Positions 58,369 to 64,000 of a stretch of DNA of 64,000 nucleotides are shown in pieces. The stretch is taken from contig CAVZJB010000004.1 in assembly GCA_963775425.1 (NCBI GenBank), positions 192,001 to 256,000 of the forward strand, read 5' to 3'. Origin of the DNA: an uncultured delta proteobacterium. Lineage in GTDB: Bacteria > Myxococcota > UBA727 > VGSZ01. The first letter of the stretch is position 1. The number at the start of each line of letters is the position of its first letter. The position numbers and the translations under genes were made by a program. Below the pieces are notes generated by a model. The model was not told the origin of the DNA and made no database searches. It saw only the letters and a program-made list of their open reading frames with translations.

Positions 58369-58932
58369 TCAGCCGACCACCCCTGCGGCGAACGCGACGC
58401 CGGGGAACAGGAGCTTCCCGTCCGACGACTTGCGCGCGGCGTCCATGGTCTGGACGACGACGTCGTAGGGCACGTCCCCATCCGCCGAGATGATCATGCT
58501 CTCCTCGGTCGGGAACGTCTTCTTGATGTCGATGAGCCTCTTTTGCAGCCCGGCGAAGTTGTAGGTCGACTCCGTCTTGCCGTTCTCGGTGACGTTGACC
58601 TTGGGCAGCAGCGGCTGACCCGGGCGGCCCTCGCTGTTGCCGTCGAGGGTGGCCCCCGTGGCGGCGATGTTGAAGCCGTCCTTGAGGATGAACACGGTCA
58701 GGTTCAGTTGCGACTGCGGCGCGGTGTCGGTGGCGCCGCTGCCGACGCTGTCCGAGCCGCCGATCTGCGGCGCCTGCACGTTGAGCATGGCGAGCTGCGT
58801 CCACGCCGTCATCGCGAGGATGGACAGGATGAGCATGAACATCACGTTCAAAAACGGCGTGACGTCGAGGTCGAGGGGCTCGTCGTCCCCTCCCTCGTTG
58901 CGGTGGCGTCGCGCGGACGGCTTGGGCGCCAT
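58369..58932 (-). CDS. aglQ: ExbD/TolR family, AglQ-like (TM Asp replaced by Asn)
   Basis: LDVTPFLNVMFMLI; PYDVVVQTMDAAR..LFPGV. Confidence 0.75.
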   Translation of the reverse strand: MAPKPSARRHRNEGGDDEPLDLDVTPFLNVMFMLILSILAMTAWTQLAMLNVQAPQIGGSDSVGSGATDTAPQSQLNLTVFILKDGFNIAATGATLDGNSEGRPGQPLLPKVNVTENGKTESTYNFAGLQKRLIDIKKTFPTEESMIISADGDVPYDVVVQTMDAARKSSDGKLLFPGVAFAAGVVG

Positions 58933-58940
58933 GGGATGCT

Positions 58941-59591
58941 CTAGCCTTCTCCACCCTCGAGGCCGCCCTTGCCGCGGGTGATGAGGAGGTTTTCGAGCTT
59001 CACCGAGTAGAAGTCGAGCTCGTCGATGATCTTCTTCTGCATGCCGTTGAGCATGAGGTGGGCGAAGAGCGTCGGGATGCCGACGAGGAGACCGAACGCC
59101 GTGCAGTTCATGGCCTCCGCGATGGCGCCGGTGAGGATGGCGGCCTTCTCCGCGGCGGGGGCGTTGGACACCGCGCGGAACGCGCCGATGAGGCCGAACA
59201 CGGTGCCGAGGAGGCCGGCCAGGGTGGCCAGCGACGCGAGCGTGGCCAACGTGCCCGAGCGCTTGGTGAGCTGGGGCATCACCTCGAGCGAGGCCTCCTC
59301 GATGGCGTTTTGGATCTCGATCTCGCCCTTGTTGGCGCGCGTGAGGCCGGCCTTGATGACGCGCGCCAACGCCGCGAACGGCGCGGCGTTACAGAGCTTG
59401 ATGGCGCGGTCGATGTTGTTGGCCATCACCAGCTTCTGGATCTGGGCCATGAACGCAGCGCCGTTGATGTTGTAGCGGAAGAAAATGAAGATCACGCGCT
59501 CGGCTGTGATGCCGAGCGAGAGAAACGAGATGAAGGCGATCGGGATCATCCACAATCCACCTTCTTTGAAAAAGTTGATGATGTTCGACAT
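58941..59591 (-). CDS. aglR: MotA/TolQ/ExbB proton channel, AglR-like
   Basis: ATLAGLLGTVFGLI..AIAEAMNCTAFGL. Confidence 0.85.
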   Translation of the reverse strand: MSNIINFFKEGGLWMIPIAFISFLSLGITAERVIFIFFRYNINGAAFMAQIQKLVMANNIDRAIKLCNAAPFAALARVIKAGLTRANKGEIEIQNAIEEASLEVMPQLTKRSGTLATLASLATLAGLLGTVFGLIGAFRAVSNAPAAEKAAILTGAIAEAMNCTAFGLLVGIPTLFAHLMLNGMQKKIIDELDFYSVKLENLLITRGKGGLEGGEG

Positions 59592-59640
59592 CGCTTCGTT
59601 CCTCTCGCCGCCAGCAGCCTAGCGCACCCGCGCAGCTCGC

Positions 59641-59907
59641 CTAGAACGGCTCCTTTTCCACGGACTTGATGATCCTGCTCTTCAGGTCTTCGCGGCGCTC
59701 GAGGTCCGCGAAGTTCAGGTTGGTCCGAGGCAAGATGAAAAACGCCTCGGGCTTCTGGATGTTTCCCTCGATGACGAGGTCGTCGAGGGTGATCTTCTTG
59801 CGCGGCCTGTCCTGCGCGAGCGCGCCACCCGCCGACAGCGCGACCGCGGCGGCGACGACGACCCCGCACAGCATGGCACGACGAGAAAGCCCGAACGACT
59901 GGCGCAC
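59641..59907 (-). CDS. gltF: GltF/CglF-like small secreted protein
   Basis: Signal peptide; LVIEGNIQKPEAFFILPR motif; between TPR lipoprotein and aglR. Confidence 0.75.
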   Translation of the reverse strand: MRQSFGLSRRAMLCGVVVAAAVALSAGGALAQDRPRKKITLDDLVIEGNIQKPEAFFILPRTNLNFADLERREDLKSRIIKSVEKEPF

Positions 59908-59968
59908 CGCGGCAGTGTAGGGGCGGATCCCGCCGCGCGGCAAGAAGGCCTCCTCGTCGAGGGGGGCG

Positions 59969-61450
59969 TTACGGCTTGGCACCGGAATCTCCCTTGGCAG
60001 GTGAGACCGCGCCGCCGGCGGGCGGGTTCCCGGCTGCCGCCTTGGCGGCATCCTCCTTGGCCTTTTTCGCGTCCCGCAGCTTCCGCTTCTCCTCGAACTG
60101 CTTGCGCTTGATCTCGCGCTCGACCCGCTTGTCGGTGGCGTCGATGTAGTCGTCGAGGCGTTTCCTCGTGGCGGCGTCGGGCTTGCCGGTGGACTTGTAT
60201 TGTTTGAGCTCCGCGAGCCCCTTTTGCAGGCGCGCGATCTCGTCGAGGCCCGGCACAGGGTCGTCGATGTAGAGCACGCCCAGGTTGAAGTGCGCCTCCG
60301 CGAACGCGGGGTCGTCGGCGAGCGCCTTATGGTAGGCCGCCTCCGCCTGCGGGTACTCCTTGAGGGCGCGCAGGCCGTTGCCGAGGTGGAGCTGCGCACG
60401 CGCGCTCTTGGGGTCGAGGCGCGCCGCCTCTTGAAACGCCCGCACCGCCTCGGTGGCGAGCCCCTGCCGGAGGAGCAGGACGCCGTAGTTGTCCTGCGCC
60501 TCGACGAGGGTGGGCCGCAGCCGCGCCGCCTTCTCGAACGACACGAGCGCCGCCTTGTCGTCGTCCTGCTCGAGCTGCACCTCGCCGAGCTCGAGGTGCA
60601 GGACGGCGTTTCCCGGCTCGACGTTCAGCGCGTTTTCGAGCGCGAAGCGCGCGGTGTCGAGGCGCCCCTGCGAGCGGAACAGCTTGGCCATCAGGAGCAT
60701 GGCGGGGACGCTCCGCTCGTCGTAGCGGATGGTGGCGAGCGCCTCATCATGCACCCTGGCCGTGTCCCTGTGGAGCCAGGCGAGGGTGGCGGCGGCGAGG
60801 TGGGGGCCCGCTTTGTCGGGCATCTTGTTCACGGCGTCATCTACGAGCCGCTTGGCCTCGCTCGATCTGCCCGTGCGATCCAGCAGGGCGGCGAGGTTGG
60901 CGAGCGCCGGGCCGTAATCGGGGCGCACGACGAGGGTCTGGCGGTAGTACTTCTCCGCCATGCCGGGATCGCCGGCGCTCTCGGCGGCGGCGCCGGCGTT
61001 GAACCACGCGGCGTAGAAGTAGGTGGCCTTGCCGGCGGCGTCGACGAAGCGCGACACGGCCGCGGCGGGGTCGGTGCGCGCCGTCTCCACGGCGGAGAGG
61101 AAGGCCTCCCTGCCGGCGCCCTTCTGGGGCAGCCAGTTGTCGTCGTCGATGCCGTCCTTGGACTTCTCGTCGACGGGCTTCGGCGGCGGCGTGGTCTCCG
61201 GCGGCGGCGGCGGCGGCGGCGTCGCCACGACGGGCTTGGGCTCCTCCTTCTTGGGAGGCGGCGGCATCGGACGCGCGGCGATGGGTCCGTCGGTCTTTGT
61301 CTCGTTGGTGCCGCAGCCGAGCCCGAGGAGGGCGGCGACGACCGCCGCCGCCCAGCGCGGCGCCGACGACGGAAAGGCCGACGACGGAAAGGAGGCTCCC
61401 CGCGGCGCAGGAGCCCCGGCCCCACCATCGGCGTCGCGCGAGAGAGTCAT
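59969..61450 (-). CDS. gltE: GltE/AglT-like TPR lipoprotein
   Basis: Lipobox LGLGC, Pro-rich linker, many TPRs, AHFNLGVLY, basic coiled C-terminus. Confidence 0.75.
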   Translation of the reverse strand: MTLSRDADGGAGAPAPRGASFPSSAFPSSAPRWAAAVVAALLGLGCGTNETKTDGPIAARPMPPPPKKEEPKPVVATPPPPPPPETTPPPKPVDEKSKDGIDDDNWLPQKGAGREAFLSAVETARTDPAAAVSRFVDAAGKATYFYAAWFNAGAAAESAGDPGMAEKYYRQTLVVRPDYGPALANLAALLDRTGRSSEAKRLVDDAVNKMPDKAGPHLAAATLAWLHRDTARVHDEALATIRYDERSVPAMLLMAKLFRSQGRLDTARFALENALNVEPGNAVLHLELGEVQLEQDDDKAALVSFEKAARLRPTLVEAQDNYGVLLLRQGLATEAVRAFQEAARLDPKSARAQLHLGNGLRALKEYPQAEAAYHKALADDPAFAEAHFNLGVLYIDDPVPGLDEIARLQKGLAELKQYKSTGKPDAATRKRLDDYIDATDKRVEREIKRKQFEEKRKLRDAKKAKEDAAKAAAGNPPAGGAVSPAKGDSGAKP

Positions 61451-64000
61451 GCGCCGCCCCCGCCCTTTTGGAGCCGCTCGGCGGGGCCCGTGCCCGCGAC
61501 CTTGGCCTCGCCGGCGCCGCCGTCGGGCAGCACGAGGCCGATGGGGAGCGAAGCCCCATGCGCGGGCCGCGCGAGCGGGTCCTTGTCGATGGGGTAGTCC
61601 TGCGGGCGCAGCAGGTTGAGCGCCTCGAGCGTCTTCTTGGTCCACTCGTTCTTCAAGTGGAGCTCCTGGGATTTGTCGTACGCGATCTTGTACGCACCCA
61701 CGGCCTTGCCCTCGACGGCGTAGGCCTTGTCCTCGATGAGGTTCTGGTACTCGTCGCAGGCGGCCGCGCCCGCGAGGCGGCGCACGTCGTCGGGACAGGG
61801 CGACTTCAAGACGGTCTGCTCGAGGTTGTCGTAGAGGGAGCCGATGCGATACAGCGCCGCCAGGCTCCACTCGGCCGCCTTGTAGCGCGTGATGATGTCC
61901 TTGAACGTGGCCTCGACCTTCACGAGGCGCGCGGACTTGGCCTCGAGCTCCTTCACCTGCTTCTTGCTGTTGCGCGAGTTGATCTTCATCCCCTGGTAGG
62001 TGCCGAAGTCCTGCTCGGCGAGGCTGAACGCGCTCTTGGCCGCGAAGTACGCCGCCTGCGGCGAGCCCTTGGCGCGGTCGAACTCGCGAACGGCCGCCTG
62101 CCACGACGACGTCGCCGCGCGCTTCTCGCCGAGCTTGTCGTACAGCTCGCCCATGCGCGTGCGCGCCTCGATGACCTTGGGAGCCTGCGCGGCCCGGCTG
62201 TCGTAGCGGGCGACGAAGCGCTTCAACACGTCGAGCTCCGCCTTGGGGTTGTTCTTCTTCTTGTAGACGACGGCGGCCCGATAGAAGACGTCCGGCGCCT
62301 CGGCTTTGTCGGGGAACAGCGTCGCGAAGCGCTCGAACTCGCGCGCGGCCTGCTCGTACTTCTGCTGCCCCTCGAGGGCGAGCGCGGCGTTGATCTGCGC
62401 GTCGGACCGGCGCGGGCTCTTGGGGTACTGCTTGACGAGCTGCAGGTAGGTGTCGACGGCCTTGTCGAAGTTGAACGCCTGCTCGTTCTTGGTGGCCACG
62501 CGGAACATGGCCTCCGGCGCGTGCTCGCTGTCGGGGTAGTCCTTGTAGAGGCGCTCGTACAGCGCCGCCGCCTTGAGCGGCCGCTGCGCCGCCTCGAGCG
62601 AGAGCGCGGCGTTGTAGACCATGGAGTCCGCGAACTCGCGGTGCGGGTCCTCGCCGACGAGCTTCAGGTACTGCTCCGAGCCGGACTCGAGCAGCGCGTT
62701 GCCCTCCTGGATCTTCCCGTCCGCGACGAGCTTGCGCCCCTCCTCGAGCGTGTTCTTGGCGATCTCGAACTCGGCGCCGCCCTTGATCTTGGCGATGGCG
62801 TCCGCGTTCTCCTTGCCGCCGACCTGCTTTTTCTGGAACTGGTCGGCGTAGGCGGCGGCGCTCTTCCAGTCCTTCTTGGCGAGCAGGTTGTCGAGGATGA
62901 GGTTGGACGCGAACTTGGCCGCCTCCGTCTCCGGATAGCGGTCGACGACGGTCTGGAAGCGCGTGACGGCCTCGTCGTAGTGGCCGTACGCGTACAGGAT
63001 CTGACCCGCGCGATAGCCGAAGGCCGGCGCCATCTCGTGCTCGCCGCCCTTCTCGAGGAACTTGTCGATGGCCGCGATGTACTTCTTGCGGATCTCCGGG
63101 ATCTCCTGCGGCTTGTCGTCGGCCGTGCGCGTGCCGCCGGTGCTCACGTCCTTCTTCTCGAGCCGGCCGCCCTGCACCTGCTGGTCGATGATCTTCTCGT
63201 AGGAGTAGACCGCGTTGAGCGCCGCCTCCGCGCGGTACTTGGTGCCCGCCGGTGAGTCGCGCGTCTTCTCGTACGCGGCGACGGCGTCCTCGAAGCGCAG
63301 CGAGTAGTAGTAGGTCTCGGCGAGGTAGTAGCCGAGCTCGTAGGCGTTCTTGTCGTGCGGGTAGCGATCCAGGTACGTCTTGTACGCCTCGGACGCCGCC
63401 TTGAAGTAGTTGACCGCGAGCTCGGGCTTGTTGTCGTTGAAGTACTGCGTGGCTTGCTGGTGGTAGTACAGCGCCGCCGAGTAGAGGTTCGTGCGCGCCA
63501 GGTCCTCGGATTCGCGCAGCGCCTCGCTGTCGTTGGCGAACCGCTTGGCCCACGGTGAATTCGACGCGTAGGTCTTCACGAGGACGTCGCGGGCGGCGTT
63601 GGCCTTGTCGAACTGGCGCTCGCGCGTCCAGCTCTGCACGATGAGGTCCTGGAGCTTGGGCGCGTCTCTGTGGAGCGGGTCGAGCTCGATGGCGCGCTCG
63701 AGCGCGGCCACGGCCTGCACGTGCTTGGACTGCTTGAACAGGTTCTGGCCGAGGCGCGCCATGACGTCACGCTCGTAGGGCAATTGCTGCTTGCCCTCCT
63801 GCGCCGCCGTCTTGTGGAAGTAGTCCAGGGCGAAGCCGACGTAGTCGACGGAGAGCTCGGCGTCCGGATCGTCGAGGCTCTTGCCGCTGACGAGCTTGGT
63901 CCACTCGGGCCGCTTCCAGTTGTCGTCGCCGAAGCTGATGGCGACGTACTGCACGGACTCCTCCTCGAGGACGGAGCCGTTTTCGCCGGTGGCTTTGTCC
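61447..64000 (-). CDS. gltD: GltD/AgmU-like large TPR protein, 5' end beyond the window
   Basis: Frame open to the window edge; continuous TPRs; AALYRIG..NEWTKKT C-terminal motifs; ATGA overlap with gltE. Confidence 0.75.
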   Translation of the reverse strand, partial: DKATGENGSVLEEESVQYVAISFGDDNWKRPEWTKLVSGKSLDDPDAELSVDYVGFALDYFHKTAAQEGKQQLPYERDVMARLGQNLFKQSKHVQAVAALERAIELDPLHRDAPKLQDLIVQSWTRERQFDKANAARDVLVKTYASNSPWAKRFANDSEALRESEDLARTNLYSAALYYHQQATQYFNDNKPELAVNYFKAASEAYKTYLDRYPHDKNAYELGYYLAETYYYSLRFEDAVAAYEKTRDSPAGTKYRAEAALNAVYSYEKIIDQQVQGGRLEKKDVSTGGTRTADDKPQEIPEIRKKYIAAIDKFLEKGGEHEMAPAFGYRAGQILYAYGHYDEAVTRFQTVVDRYPETEAAKFASNLILDNLLAKKDWKSAAAYADQFQKKQVGGKENADAIAKIKGGAEFEIAKNTLEEGRKLVADGKIQEGNALLESGSEQYLKLVGEDPHREFADSMVYNAALSLEAAQRPLKAAALYERLYKDYPDSEHAPEAMFRVATKNEQAFNFDKAVDTYLQLVKQYPKSPRRSDAQINAALALEGQQKYEQAAREFERFATLFPDKAEAPDVFYRAAVVYKKKNNPKAELDVLKRFVARYDSRAAQAPKVIEARTRMGELYDKLGEKRAATSSWQAAVREFDRAKGSPQAAYFAAKSAFSLAEQDFGTYQGMKINSRNSKKQVKELEAKSARLVKVEATFKDIITRYKAAEWSLAALYRIGSLYDNLEQTVLKSPCPDDVRRLAGAAACDEYQNLIEDKAYAVEGKAVGAYKIAYDKSQELHLKNEWTKKTLEALNLLRPQDYPIDKDPLARPAHGASLPIGLVLPDGGAGEAKVAGTGPAERLQKGGGGA

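Overview
Very GC-rich, gene-dense chromosomal segment. Gene content (Agl-Glt cluster, imuAB without adjacent dnaE2, Myxococcus-type LexA box, many Cys-rich lipoproteins) points to Myxococcota or a related deltaproteobacterial lineage (inference). About 57 CDS. Main blocks: LexA-controlled imuA-imuB; malic enzyme; cheBR plus histidine kinase; a MinD/FlhG, J-like-HTH, small protein, rluD, LETM1-like, add operon; a pxpB/C/A operon with a lipoprotein inserted; a sigma54 two-component pair; rplS, SMC-like, rnhB, yraN, rsmI; gshA/gshB; ugd; fadL-like; kptA/LysR; and a contiguous gltD-gltE-gltF-aglR-aglQ-aglS-gltG-like motor cluster running off the right end. No rRNA, tRNA, CRISPR array, transposase or integrase was seen. 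Most interesting: three unrelated lipoproteins sharing a long (Gly-Glu)n tether near the lipobox, one carrying circularly permuted C-type lectin domains; an AglQ-like subunit with Asn at the essential Asp; a membrane-anchored SMC-like pseudo-ATPase in the rplS operon; a MinD/J-HTH module without flagellar genes; palindromic repeats inside imuA; a structured intergenic RNA candidate; and pervasive leaderless-type TANNNT boxes. Several single-base frameshifts may be assembly errors. All calls are by-eye motif recognition; no database searches were run.
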